Assembly: GCA_905234705.1 (NCBI GenBank)
Contig: CAJOIB010000010.1
Span: forward strand, 6,616-70,615
DNA: 64,000 nucleotides
Source of the DNA: an uncultured Selenomonadaceae bacterium
Lineage (GTDB): Bacteria > Bacillota > Negativicutes > Selenomonadales > Selenomonadaceae
Direction of reading: 5' to 3'
Made by a program: the position numbers and the translations under genes. The stretch's first letter is position 1; the number at the start of each line of letters is the position of its first letter. Below the pieces are notes generated by a model that was not told where the DNA came from, made no database searches, and saw nothing but the letters and a program-made list of their open reading frames with translations. Shown piece after piece: positions 1 to 8,305 of this stretch.

Positions 1-489
1 ATTTTCGGATTCAAGATCAATCGACTGCCCGCCGACCATACCAGCCGCGCCCGCCGCTAAGCTCATTTCGCGAATAACCGCTAATAAAATTTCCGCCGAA
101 ATATTTTCCTGCCGCGTCAAAACTTCAAACGCCAAAGTCAATAACGCATCGCCCGCCAATATCGCCGTTGCCTCGCCAAAAACTTTGTGATTCGTCAATT
201 TCCCGCGCCGGTAATCGTCATTGTCCATCGCCGGTAAATCGTCGTGTATCAGCGAATACGTATGAATCATTTCAATCGCACACGCCGCCGTTAAAAATTT
301 TTCGCCCGAACCATTGATAGCGTCCGCCGCCGCCATTAATAAAATCGGTCTTAGCCTTTTGCCGCCGCCCATTAAGCTGTATTCCATTGCCTGCGCGAGT
401 TTCGGCTCAAGCGTCGGTGTTTTTCGCAATTCCGCCAGTAAATTTTTTTCAACCAATTCTGCGCGACTTTGCCATAACTTTTTAAACAT
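1..489 (-). CDS. ispA: Polyprenyl (farnesyl/geranylgeranyl) diphosphate synthase, N-terminal part; the gene runs off the window edge
   Basis: Manual translation of the minus strand from ATG at 489-487 gives [18 protein letters not shown]...[11 protein letters not shown]...[37 protein letters not shown]. This contains the first Asp-rich motif of trans-prenyltransferases. The frame stays open to position 1. Confidence 0.85.
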   Translation of the reverse strand, partial: MFKKLWQSRAELVEKNLLAELRKTPTLEPKLAQAMEYSLMGGGKRLRPILLMAAADAINGSGEKFLTAACAIEMIHTYSLIHDDLPAMDNDDYRRGKLTNHKVFGEATAILAGDALLTLAFEVLTRQENISAEILLAVIREMSLAAGAAGMVGGQSIDLESEN

Positions 490-507
490 AAATCAACTTC
501 CTAACAA

Positions 508-533
508 TAAAAAAACCGGACTTCGGCGTCCGG
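508..533 (-). terminator. Rho-independent terminator downstream of nusB
   Basis: On the minus strand, CCGGAC-loop-GTCCGG hairpin followed by a T8 run, immediately after the nusB stop. Confidence 0.6.
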
Positions 534-544
534 CTAAGATTTTT

Positions 545-976
545 TCAATTTGCTATTGCGTCCAGAATACCATTGACGAATCGCCAGGAATCGTCCGTAC
601 CGTACCTTTTCGCAAGGTTGACAGCCTCGTTGATTATGACGCCAATGGGAACTTCTTCCCCCGCGAATTTCAATTCATAAACCGCCAGCCGCAGGATATT
701 TCTATCCACCGCCGCAATCCGATTCAGCGCCCAATCTTCCCTAAGGTGAGCCTTTATAACTTCGTCAATTTCGTCAACGCGCGCCCGCACATTTTTTACT
801 GTGTCTTGAATGTATTGCAGATTTTTTTTATTCAGTTTGCCAAAATTCAAGCTGTCGTCAATGGCAGTCTCTATCGCGAGATTTTCAAAAGTTTCGCGCT
901 CGTCAACTTCGCCGTGATTAAATTCAAGCTGAAACAACGCTTTAAACGCCGCCTCGCGCGCAAGTGTACGGCTCAT
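545..976 (-). CDS. nusB: Transcription antitermination factor NusB
   Basis: 143-aa ORF starting MSRTLAREAAFKALFQLEF..., containing ...AVDRNILRLAVYEL...VIINEAVNLAKRYG. Typical NusB length and motifs. Confidence 0.9.
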   Translation of the reverse strand: MSRTLAREAAFKALFQLEFNHGEVDERETFENLAIETAIDDSLNFGKLNKKNLQYIQDTVKNVRARVDEIDEVIKAHLREDWALNRIAAVDRNILRLAVYELKFAGEEVPIGVIINEAVNLAKRYGTDDSWRFVNGILDAIAN

Positions 977-987
977 ATTTTCACCAC

Positions 988-1260
988 TTAACTAAAATAT
1001 TTCCAATAACGAAAACGCTCCGGTACGAGATTTTCAAGCACTCGCAGCGTATTTGCAACTAAATCGTCGCCCTCTTCAAAGCGCGAGCCTATGTACAGCC
1101 CGATTATCCCGCAGAATATCGCAAAGAACGTTTTCAAAATCCCAAACGCCATTATCGCCGCGCCGAAAATTACTCCAAGCAGAAATCCAATCTTCCGCAT
1201 CGGATAAATTTCAAAGCTAGATTTTACCAGATTTTTAATTTCTGCCCACATAATTTTCAC
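988..1260 (-). CDS. Small integral membrane protein (DUF2273-like), Asp23-cluster associated
   Basis: 90-aa ORF with a central Gly/Ile-rich double-TM segment (GFLLGVIFGAAIMAFGILKTFFAIFCGIIGLYIG). It sits between Asp23-family genes and nusB, as in other Firmicutes. Confidence 0.6.
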   Translation of the reverse strand: MKIMWAEIKNLVKSSFEIYPMRKIGFLLGVIFGAAIMAFGILKTFFAIFCGIIGLYIGSRFEEGDDLVANTLRVLENLVPERFRYWKYFS

Positions 1261-1263
1261 CGC

Positions 1264-1674
1264 CTACTTCAGTTGACGCCTTTTCGTTTCCGGCAATTTT
1301 TTATTAATCTGCGTCACCCGTATATCAAAGAGCGCGTCCTTGATTGATAAAAATTCGAGTAAATGTTCCTTGATTGCGTCGCGCAGATTCGCCCCTACCG
1401 TCGGCGCTGAATAATCTTGCGTTATAATCAAATTCAGCTTAATTTTCAGCGGCTCATTATCGCTCGGCACATCAACAACGATATTTTTAATTTCGTGAAC
1501 GCCGTTTATTTGAACGCGCTCAACAATTCGCCGCACAACTTCTGCCTCGACGTGGATAGTTCCAAAGTCATTTTCACGCAATAAAAATTCATTGCCCGTA
1601 CGTACCCGCGAACGGCTGAAAGTGCTACCTATCAAACTCGTTAAATTTTTAATTTTGTTAAACATAAGCAACAC
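1264..1674 (-). CDS. Asp23/Gls24-family envelope stress protein
   Basis: 136-aa ORF with Asp23-like pattern (GTIHVEAEVVRRIVERV...IKLNLIITQDYSAPTVGANLRDAIKEHL). Confidence 0.65.
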   Translation of the reverse strand: MLLMFNKIKNLTSLIGSTFSRSRVRTGNEFLLRENDFGTIHVEAEVVRRIVERVQINGVHEIKNIVVDVPSDNEPLKIKLNLIITQDYSAPTVGANLRDAIKEHLLEFLSIKDALFDIRVTQINKKLPETKRRQLK

Positions 1675-2238
1675 CTACACAACGCGCCTTTCACGCTCAA
1701 TGACTGCATGAGTAACTTCAGTAACTTTAATGTCCATAGGAACTTCCGGAATTTGCAAGACTGTTTTCAAAGCTTCATTGACAGAATTTTTAACTTCCGC
1801 GCTGATTTCCGGAGCGGCATAATTTTGCCCAAGAATTATCGTCAACTTAATATTAATTGGTACTTCGCCGCTTTGATTAAAAACTTTCGCTTCAACTTGC
1901 CGCACGCCAACCACATTCAACGCCGCTCTTTCGACTACGCCAACGATCGCAGGAATTGTAACTTTGACTTCATTAAAAGTGCCCTTTTGCAATTCTACGT
2001 CGCTTTGCGGATTTACAACGGTTTTTTTGCTGGACAGCGCCATAGTCAATAAGCACAGGCTGGCTAAAAACATTATCGCCAGTACGATTAAAGTTTCTTG
2101 CCGCGAAATAATCCATTGCAATTCGTTTTGCCATACCGGCGTTGAAATTAAGTGCAGGCAAGCGCCCGCACTTGCTCCCAACGCTACCATTACTGCGAGA
2201 ACGTACAAAAGCAGCAACAGGCGTCCTAGTATGCCCAT
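1675..2238 (-). CDS. amaP: Alkaline shock response membrane anchor protein AmaP-like
   Basis: 187 aa. N-terminal TM helices followed by an Asp23-like domain (IPAIVGVVERAALNVVGV...INIKLTIILGQNYAAPEISAEVKNSV). Located between two Asp23-family genes. Confidence 0.6.
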   Translation of the reverse strand: MGILGRLLLLLYVLAVMVALGASAGACLHLISTPVWQNELQWIISRQETLIVLAIMFLASLCLLTMALSSKKTVVNPQSDVELQKGTFNEVKVTIPAIVGVVERAALNVVGVRQVEAKVFNQSGEVPINIKLTIILGQNYAAPEISAEVKNSVNEALKTVLQIPEVPMDIKVTEVTHAVIERERRVV

Positions 2239-2290
2239 AAACTTTCACACCTCCCGCAATTTTAAAAATTATTTGGATACCATTTGAAAA

Positions 2291-2692
2291 TTAGTGGACG
2301 CGAACTTCTTCGTTTTTTTCTTCTTCTTCGGGGAAGCTGACGCCCTGCACGTGAACATTAACTTCGACGACTGAAAGACCGGTCATAGTTTCGATAGCGC
2401 GCTTAATATTTTCCTGCGCGGCAAGAGCAACATCCGGAATGCGCACGCCGTATTTAACAATGATATACAAATCAACAGCGGCTTCACGTTCACCGACTTC
2501 AACTTTGACGCCCTTGGAAAAGTTTTTGCGACCGAGCATTTCGGCGATACCGCCAACCAAGCCGCCGCTCATTCCAGCGATGCCTTCAATTTCCGTTGCG
2601 GCTAAACCGGCGATAATGCTAACAACTTCGTCCGCAATCTTAATTGCGCCTAAACCTGTATCGCTTTTCACCAAATCTTTTTCTTCAGCCAT
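2291..2692 (-). CDS. asp23: Asp23/Gls24 family alkaline shock protein
   Basis: Sequence MAEEKDLVKSDTGLGAIKIADEVVSIIAGLAATEIEGIAGM...VDLYIIVKYGVRIPDVALAAQENIKRAIE. I chose the ATG at 2692 because a GGAGG lies 9 nt upstream. The track ORF extends to 2722. Confidence 0.8.
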   Translation of the reverse strand: MAEEKDLVKSDTGLGAIKIADEVVSIIAGLAATEIEGIAGMSGGLVGGIAEMLGRKNFSKGVKVEVGEREAAVDLYIIVKYGVRIPDVALAAQENIKRAIETMTGLSVVEVNVHVQGVSFPEEEEKNEEVRVH

Positions 2693-2804
2693 GATTAGTA
2701 ACCTCCTAAAAATCTTATTCAAATCACCTGTATCAATATTCGATACGCCGCTAATTTTCCCTGCTATGAATTAAAAATTTTCAAGCCCGCGATTGGCAAA
2801 ATAT

Positions 2805-2833
2805 TTGACTTGCCGCGCCTGGTGTTTTATAAT
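2805..2833 (+). promoter_or_regulatory. Sigma-A type promoter upstream of sigH
   Basis: TTGACT (2805-2810), a 17-nt spacer, then TATAAT (2828-2833). It lies about 27 nt upstream of the sigH ATG, with a GGAGGA RBS in between. Confidence 0.5.
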
Positions 2834-2859
2834 TTGCGCATAGTAATGGAGGATTTAAA

Positions 2860-3615
2860 ATGGAAATGAACACTGACACTATTTGCGGCGCAGATGTTTC
2901 CGATGAATATAGTAAATACGATTCTTTGACTGACGAGGAGCTCATTACCGAAATTAAAGACAACGTCAATACTTCGGCATTGGATTATCTGATTCACAGA
3001 TACAGAAGTTTCGTCAGGGCTAAGGCGCGTTCGTACTTTTTAATCGGAGCGGATCGCGAAGACATTATCCAAGAAGGCATGATTGGCTTTTACAAGGCGG
3101 TTAGAGATTTTAAAAGCGATAAACTTTCGTCATTCCACGCCTTTGCCGAATTGTGCGTGACGCGGCAGATTATCACCGCTATTAAAACTGCCACGCGTCA
3201 AAAACATATCCCGCTAAATTCCTACGTTTCGCTGAATAAGCCGATTTACGACGAAGATTCAGACCGGACTTTGCTTGACGTAATTTCGGGCGTGAAAGTT
3301 GCCGACCCAGAGGAATTAGTGATAAGCCGCGAAGAATTTTTAGCTATCGAAAAAAAGATGGAGGAAATTTTGAGCGACCTTGAATGGCAGGTTTTAATGG
3401 CTTATCTGGACGGCAAATCTTACCAGGAAATTGCAATGAGCCTTAACCGCCATGTCAAATCAATCGATAACGCCCTGCAGCGCGTCAAACGCAAACTTGA
3501 GCGCTACGTCGCCAGCCGCAGTGAATCTATCGATATTGGCACGGTTTACCGCGGACTCTCGACGATTGACCGGCATTTAAAATCTTCTGCGCGACATCCT
3601 ATCCCGCTCGATTAA
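2860..3615 (+). CDS. sigH: RNA polymerase sigma factor SigH (sigma-70 family, sporulation/transition state type)
   Basis: 251 aa: ...ALDYLIHRYRSFVRAKARSYFLIGADREDIIQEGMIGFYKAVRDFKSDKLSSFHAFAELCVTRQIITAIKTATRQKHIPLN.... This is the characteristic SigH region 2. The C-terminal region 4 is ...SYQEIAMSLNRHVKSIDNALQRVKRKL. Confidence 0.8.
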   Translation: MEMNTDTICGADVSDEYSKYDSLTDEELITEIKDNVNTSALDYLIHRYRSFVRAKARSYFLIGADREDIIQEGMIGFYKAVRDFKSDKLSSFHAFAELCVTRQIITAIKTATRQKHIPLNSYVSLNKPIYDEDSDRTLLDVISGVKVADPEELVISREEFLAIEKKMEEILSDLEWQVLMAYLDGKSYQEIAMSLNRHVKSIDNALQRVKRKLERYVASRSESIDIGTVYRGLSTIDRHLKSSARHPIPLD

Positions 3616-4875
3616 TCAATCTGCACTCTCCCGCCAATGACGCTGGAGGGCTTTTTTAATTTCCGCTTCATAGCCAATTTCCGTCGGCTGATAATAATTT
3701 TTTTGAAACGGCAGATATTGTTGTTTGACAAAATGCTCCGGAAAATCATGCGGATATTTATAACCTTCACCATTGCCGAAAAAATTTGCGCCCTTGTAAT
3801 GAGTATCGCGTAAATGTTTTGGAATTTCAGCGTCAATTTTTTTAACGTCAGCAAGCGCCGCGTCAATCGCCAAATACGCCGCATTACTTTTCGGCGCGCC
3901 CGCAATGTACGTTACCGCCTGCGCGAGAATAATTCTGGCTTCGGGCAAACCAACAAATTGAGCCGCCTGTGCCGCCGCATTCGCCAATATCAACGCCCGC
4001 GGATCTGCATTGCCGACATCTTCAGCCGCGCATATCACAATTCGCCGCGCTATGAAATTTAAATCTTCGCCGCCGTCAATCATTTTCGCCAAATAAAAAA
4101 TCGCCGCGTCCGCGTCACTGCCGCGCATACTTTTTATAAACGCGCTCGCCGTGTCGTAATGATTATCGCCGCCCTTGTCATAGCGCCTGGTTTTTTCGCC
4201 AAAAATTTCGCGCAGATTTTCAACGCTCACGCCGCCACTAAAAATTAATTGCTCCAAAATATTCAGCGCAACCCGCGCATCGCCATCAGCAAATTCTGCA
4301 ATAATTTCAAGCGCCGATTCTTCAGCACTTTCGCCATTGAGCGCCCGCTGGAGGATTTTTTTTATTTCAGCGGCAGTCAATTTTTCCAGCCGAATGATTT
4401 TCACGCGGCTTAAAAGCGCAGGATTCACTTCAAAAAATGGATTTTCAGTCGTCGCGCCAATCAATATCAAACGCCCGTCCTCAACGTACGGCAACAGAAA
4501 ATCTTGTTGACTTTTGTTAAAGCGGTGAATTTCATCGATAAATAAAATCGTCCGGCGGCTGTAAAAATTTTTCAAATCGTCAGCGTCCTTGACAATTTCG
4601 CGCAGATCTTTAATTCCGGAAAGTGCGGCGTTGATTTTGACAAAATTGCTCTGCGTGGTATTCGCGATAATCTTTGCCAACGTAGTTTTGCCAGTGCCAG
4701 GCGCGCCATAAAAAATCATCGACATTAAGCGATTTTCCGCAATCATTTTGCCGAGAACGCGCATAATTTTTTCCTGCCCAACAAAATCACTGAGATTTTG
4801 CGGACGCATTTTCTCAGCCAGCGGTTGAAAATCAGTATCGCCCGCCATTTCAAATAAATTAATTTCACGTTTCAT
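3616..4875 (-). CDS. rarA: Replication-associated recombination protein A (MgsA/RarA AAA+ ATPase)
   Basis: Walker A GAPGTGKTT, Walker B ILFIDEIHRFNK, the TTENPFFEVNPALLSR motif and the C-terminal MgsA domain (DAAIFYLAKMIDGGED). I set the start at the ATG at 4875 (MKREINLFEMAGD...). The 80-aa upstream extension in the track overlaps a gene remnant. Confidence 0.9.
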   Translation of the reverse strand: MKREINLFEMAGDTDFQPLAEKMRPQNLSDFVGQEKIMRVLGKMIAENRLMSMIFYGAPGTGKTTLAKIIANTTQSNFVKINAALSGIKDLREIVKDADDLKNFYSRRTILFIDEIHRFNKSQQDFLLPYVEDGRLILIGATTENPFFEVNPALLSRVKIIRLEKLTAAEIKKILQRALNGESAEESALEIIAEFADGDARVALNILEQLIFSGGVSVENLREIFGEKTRRYDKGGDNHYDTASAFIKSMRGSDADAAIFYLAKMIDGGEDLNFIARRIVICAAEDVGNADPRALILANAAAQAAQFVGLPEARIILAQAVTYIAGAPKSNAAYLAIDAALADVKKIDAEIPKHLRDTHYKGANFFGNGEGYKYPHDFPEHFVKQQYLPFQKNYYQPTEIGYEAEIKKALQRHWRESAD

Positions 4876-5181
4876 AATATCATCAGCAACGTTCCAATTC
4901 CGATTAGCACACAGCCCGCGATTGATTTTGTCGTGACCGTCTCGTTTAAAAATATCACCGCGAAAATTATTGTTAAAACTATGCTCAATTTGTCGATTGG
5001 CACAACTTTTGAGACTTCGCCGATTTGTATTGCCTTGTAATAGCACAGCCACGATGCGCCCGTCGCCAAGCCCGATAAAATCAGAAACCCAAATTCGAGT
5101 TGACGCCTTCAATTCCTATTTTCGCCAAAATCGCCGTGAGTGCGCAAAAATTGACGATAACAACGCAAAAATCAGCCACAT
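4872..5181 (-). pseudogene. Decayed small EamA/DMT-family transporter gene
   Basis: Three pieces lie in different frames. The N-terminal piece is MWLIFALLSSIFA. The next piece, frameshifted, is LTAILAKIGIEGVNSNLG. The C-terminal piece is EFGFLILSGLATGASWLCYYKAIQIGEVSKVVPIDKLSIVLTIIFAVIFLNE...GIGTLLMIL. There is a stop at 5109-5111, and about 110 nt of the middle of a normal ~140-aa gene is absent. Confidence 0.55.
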
Positions 5182-5202
5182 TTACAAAAATCTCTCCATT
5201 AT

Positions 5203-5314
5203 GCGGGCGCGCACGGATGCGCGCCACACCCGCGCTAGTCACGTGATGTGACTACAGCGGGCAGTTTTCTTTCTTTGCAAGCGTTTCTTTCTTTCCGAAA
5301 AGAAAGAAATGCTG
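5203..5314 (-). repeat. Copy A of a ~120-nt three-hairpin intergenic element (3' of dut)
   Basis: Aligns along its length with 40255-40379 (inverted) and 56951-57071. Shared core is AGTCACGTGATGTGACT, flanked by GC stems and a TTTCTTTCTTT/AAAGAAAGAAA hairpin. It begins 7 nt after the dut stop. Confidence 0.7.
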
Positions 5315-5320
5315 ATAACA

Positions 5321-5752
5321 TTAATATATTCCCGTTGAACCGAAACGCCCTGCGCGAACCGCTCCAACACCAATCTCATCGCCATCAATCGGCAAATATC
5401 TTTGAAAAACACCTTGAGCCACGCGCATACCTTTTTTAATCTCAAATTCGCCAAAAAAACTTATAACCGGCAAAATAATATGCCCGCCATAATCCGCGTC
5501 AATCACGCCAACGCCATTAGCCAAAGTCACGCCGTACTTCACCGCTAAACTGGAACGAATATAAATCATCAAAACTTCTTCGGGCAACATAAAAGCTTTG
5601 AGACCCGTCGGCACAAGCGAAATTTTTTTGTTCGACACCAAAACATCCGCCGCAGACTGTAAATCATAGCCCGCACTTAACGCCGTCTTTCGCGTCGGCA
5701 AATTTATTCCGCAATTTTCGTAGCCGGTTAGAATCTCAAAGCCTCTAGTCAT
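5321..5752 (-). CDS. dut: dUTP diphosphatase
   Basis: MTRGFEILTGYENCGINLPTRKTALSAGYDLQSA...GVGVIDADY...KKGMRVAQGVF...RAGRFGSTG. These are trimeric dUTPase motifs. Start set at the internal ATG at 5752. Confidence 0.8.
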   Translation of the reverse strand: MTRGFEILTGYENCGINLPTRKTALSAGYDLQSAADVLVSNKKISLVPTGLKAFMLPEEVLMIYIRSSLAVKYGVTLANGVGVIDADYGGHIILPVISFFGEFEIKKGMRVAQGVFQRYLPIDGDEIGVGAVRAGRFGSTGIY

Positions 5753-5768
5753 TTGCACTGTTAAAATC

Positions 5769-6035
5769 TTACTCTTCGTCTTCTTTCGGAGCAGGCGCAG
5801 CATTTTTATCTCCGCCGTTAGTGCTGAGTGCCTTCGTCGGCGTGATTGTGGAAATAGCGTGCTTGTAAATCATTTGCTGTTTGCCCATGGTCTCAATAAC
5901 CACGGTGAAATTGTCAAAGCCGCGCACTAGCCCTTTCAACTGAAAACCGTTGACTAGGTGAATCACGACCATAACATTTTCTTTGCGCGCCTGATTTAGG
6001 AAGTTATCCTGAATGTTAATCATTTTGGCAGCCAT
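5769..6035 (-). CDS. hfq: RNA chaperone Hfq
   Basis: [61 protein letters not shown], which covers the Sm1/Sm2 motifs. Confidence 0.9.
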   Translation of the reverse strand: MAAKMINIQDNFLNQARKENVMVVIHLVNGFQLKGLVRGFDNFTVVIETMGKQQMIYKHAISTITPTKALSTNGGDKNAAPAPKEDEE

Positions 6036-6060
6036 CTTGAAAATCTCCTTTACAAAAAAT

Positions 6061-6855
6061 TTATTCGACGCTGTAGAATTTTATATAATCCATTCGCCGA
6101 TACCAAGTTAACTGACGCTTTGCAAAATTTCGCGTCGCTTGACTGATTTTAGAAATAGTTTCGTCTAAAGTTAATTCGCCGCGCAGATATTCAACCGTTT
6201 CCTTGTAGCCGATACCAAGCATAGCCTGCGCATTTTCGCTGACACCATTTTTTAAAAGCCGCCGCACTTCCTCAACAAGCCCCGCGTCAAACATTTTCCG
6301 CGTCCGCCGATTAATCCTGTCATAAAGTTCTGCGCGATTAGCCGTCAAGCCGATAACCAGCGCATTGTATTTGAGTTCGCCGGTGTCTTTGAAAAATTTG
6401 GATTGACTTTTGGCGCTATCGCCGAATTTATAACCTTCGACGAGCGCTTGAATGTAAAGCCCCGTACCGCCGCAAATGATAGGAATTTTGCCGCGCGAAT
6501 TAATTTCAGTAATAATTTTGGACGCCAGCCGCACAAATTCCGCCACGCTGAATTTTTCTTCCGGATTTAAAATATCGATTAAATGATGCTTAATTCGCTG
6601 AAGTTCCGCCGCAGTCGGTTTCGCCGTGCCGATATTGAAGTCTTTGTACACAGACATTGAATCAGCCGAAATAATTTCCGTGCCCAAAATTTCCGCCAAT
6701 CGCATTGCCAATGAACTTTTTCCGGTAGCCGTCGCGCCCAAAATCACCAACAACTTTTCCTTCGACGAATTTTGCAAACTCAATGATTGTACAGAATCTA
6801 AAATTTTTGTCAAGTCAAAAGGCTCGGCGGCGATTTCCTTTATGACGTTACGCAT
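6061..6855 (-). CDS. miaA: tRNA dimethylallyltransferase (short form, insertion domain apparently missing)
   Basis: P-loop [11 protein letters not shown], then [30 protein letters not shown] and the C-terminal [12 protein letters not shown]. See the separate finding on the missing segment. Confidence 0.8.
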   Translation of the reverse strand: MRNVIKEIAAEPFDLTKILDSVQSLSLQNSSKEKLLVILGATATGKSSLAMRLAEILGTEIISADSMSVYKDFNIGTAKPTAAELQRIKHHLIDILNPEEKFSVAEFVRLASKIITEINSRGKIPIICGGTGLYIQALVEGYKFGDSAKSQSKFFKDTGELKYNALVIGLTANRAELYDRINRRTRKMFDAGLVEEVRRLLKNGVSENAQAMLGIGYKETVEYLRGELTLDETISKISQATRNFAKRQLTWYRRMDYIKFYSVE

Positions 6856-7510
6856 CCAAATTCAAAGTTCCGCCAGGTTTGACAATGTGAACTTTCGCAT
6901 TTTTGACAAGCGCCTTAAATTCTTCCGGATTCTGTTTAATAATATCCCACGTGTTATAGTGAACCGGAATAACATTTTTTGCGCCGAGAATCTCAACCGC
7001 CTTAGCCGCGTCAACAATATCCATCGTATAATGCCCGCCAATCGGCAGAATCGCGTAATCAATCTGGTCGCGCTCGCCAATAAATTTCATATCGCCGAAA
7101 AGCGCCGTATCGCCCGCAAAATAAATCACCTTGCCGCCAATGCCAATAACATAACCGCAGGCAACACCGCCCGCAATTCCCGCACTGTGAAGTGCCTGTA
7201 CCATTCGCGCAAAGCCAAACGGTAATTGCAAAGTGCCGCCCAAATTCATATTGATTGATTTGACATTTTCGCCGCCAAAATCCGTAATTTCCGGAATGCC
7301 AACAGCCGTTGCGCCCGTGCGTTTCAAAATGTCGTAGCCGTCGCCAACGTGGTCTGCGTGCGCGTGCGTCACAAAAATATAATCCGTTTCAATATCATCT
7401 GGTTTAATCGACGCCTGCGGATTGCCGGTCAAAAACGGGTCGAACAAAAGTTTATATTTGCCGTCGTCCAACCGAAAACAGGCGTGTCCATAATAATTGA
7501 AGGTTAGCAA
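6848..7510 (-). CDS. Metal-dependent hydrolase, metallo-beta-lactamase fold (UPF0173/YtkL-like)
   Basis: TTG start with a GGAGGA RBS. Sequence LTFNYYGHACFRLDDGKYKLLFDPFLTGNP...DYIFVTHAHADHVGD contains the HxHxDH motif. Confidence 0.75.
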   Translation of the reverse strand: MLTFNYYGHACFRLDDGKYKLLFDPFLTGNPQASIKPDDIETDYIFVTHAHADHVGDGYDILKRTGATAVGIPEITDFGGENVKSINMNLGGTLQLPFGFARMVQALHSAGIAGGVACGYVIGIGGKVIYFAGDTALFGDMKFIGERDQIDYAILPIGGHYTMDIVDAAKAVEILGAKNVIPVHYNTWDIIKQNPEEFKALVKNAKVHIVKPGGTLNLDA

Positions 7511-7574
7511 ATTTTTTTCCTCCTAAAAGTTTTCTCTACGGTTAAATTCGATATAACGCTGAAAATACCTTGTA

Positions 7575-7666
7575 AGTTTTCAGAAAAATTTTTCAGCGCT
7601 CAAAAATCCATACGCACGCCGATAAATGGTTCGCTCATTTTAAAATTGCCGCGATTATCTTGTGCC
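7575..7666 (-). repeat. Duplicated fragment of the 3' end plus downstream flank of the OMP gene at 7730-8302
   Basis: 92 nt at 7575-7666 are near-identical to 7706-7797. That covers about 25 nt of downstream flank plus the last ~22 codons, ...GNFKMSEPFIGVRMDF*. A 1-nt indel (attatcttgtgcc versus attatccttgtgcc) breaks the frame in the upstream copy. Confidence 0.7.
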
Positions 7667-7729
7667 AAATTGTTATTGTAAATCTTTTTTTACAAAATAC
7701 ATTTTAGTTTCAAGAAAAATTTTCAGCAC

Positions 7730-8302
7730 TCAAAAATCCATACGTACGCCGATAAATGGTTCGCTCATTTTAAAATTGCCGCGATTATCCTTGTGCCGAA
7801 CAGTCGCCGCAATGTGCCGATAGCCCGCCGTCAACGAAAAATTTTTACTCGGCGAATATTTCACGCCGGATTCCGTATCGATAACGTGAGCGCGCCCGCC
7901 AAAACTCATTCCCGAAAGTTGCGTGTAAATCGTCATCTTCGGCATTATCGCCATATAAATTTTAAAGCCAACCGTCGGCAACGGCGAAAAAGTTTTCCAG
8001 TCAATTCCCGTCACGCCGTACTTCAAATCCAAGCCAGTTCCCATCAGCGAAATTATTTCATTGTCAACGTCGAATTTCAAATAATGCATATCGGCGTCGA
8101 AATGGTTATAATCCAGCGAAAAATTTTTATAGCGGAAAATAAATTCTGGCTCTTTGGCGCGCACCTCTATGCTCAGCGGCAAACTTTTTGGCTTAAAATC
8201 TTTCAGCGCTTCGCCCAATAAAAAATCGTTTTTGCTCTGCGCGAAAACCGTTGCCGATAATAAAATCAGCGCCAAATTCACCAAAAATATTTTTTTCGCC
8301 AT
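7730..8302 (-). CDS. Putative outer-membrane beta-barrel protein
   Basis: Signal peptide MAKKIFLVNLALILLSATVFA/QS, alternating beta-strand pattern, and a C-terminal aromatic residue (...FIGVRMDF) typical of BAM substrates. Confidence 0.6.
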   Translation of the reverse strand: MAKKIFLVNLALILLSATVFAQSKNDFLLGEALKDFKPKSLPLSIEVRAKEPEFIFRYKNFSLDYNHFDADMHYLKFDVDNEIISLMGTGLDLKYGVTGIDWKTFSPLPTVGFKIYMAIMPKMTIYTQLSGMSFGGRAHVIDTESGVKYSPSKNFSLTAGYRHIAATVRHKDNRGNFKMSEPFIGVRMDF

Positions 8303-8305
8303 AGC

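Noticed and set aside
314-991. 225-aa plus-strand ORF spanning the ispA/nusB region.
   Set aside because: It overlaps two well-supported minus-strand genes and a terminator. The product is low-complexity with no recognisable motifs.
3616-5112. Long (498-aa) version of rarA with an 80-aa N-terminal extension.
   Set aside because: The extension has no similarity to RarA and is the out-of-frame read of the decayed EamA-like gene. The canonical RarA N-terminus starts at the ATG at 4875.
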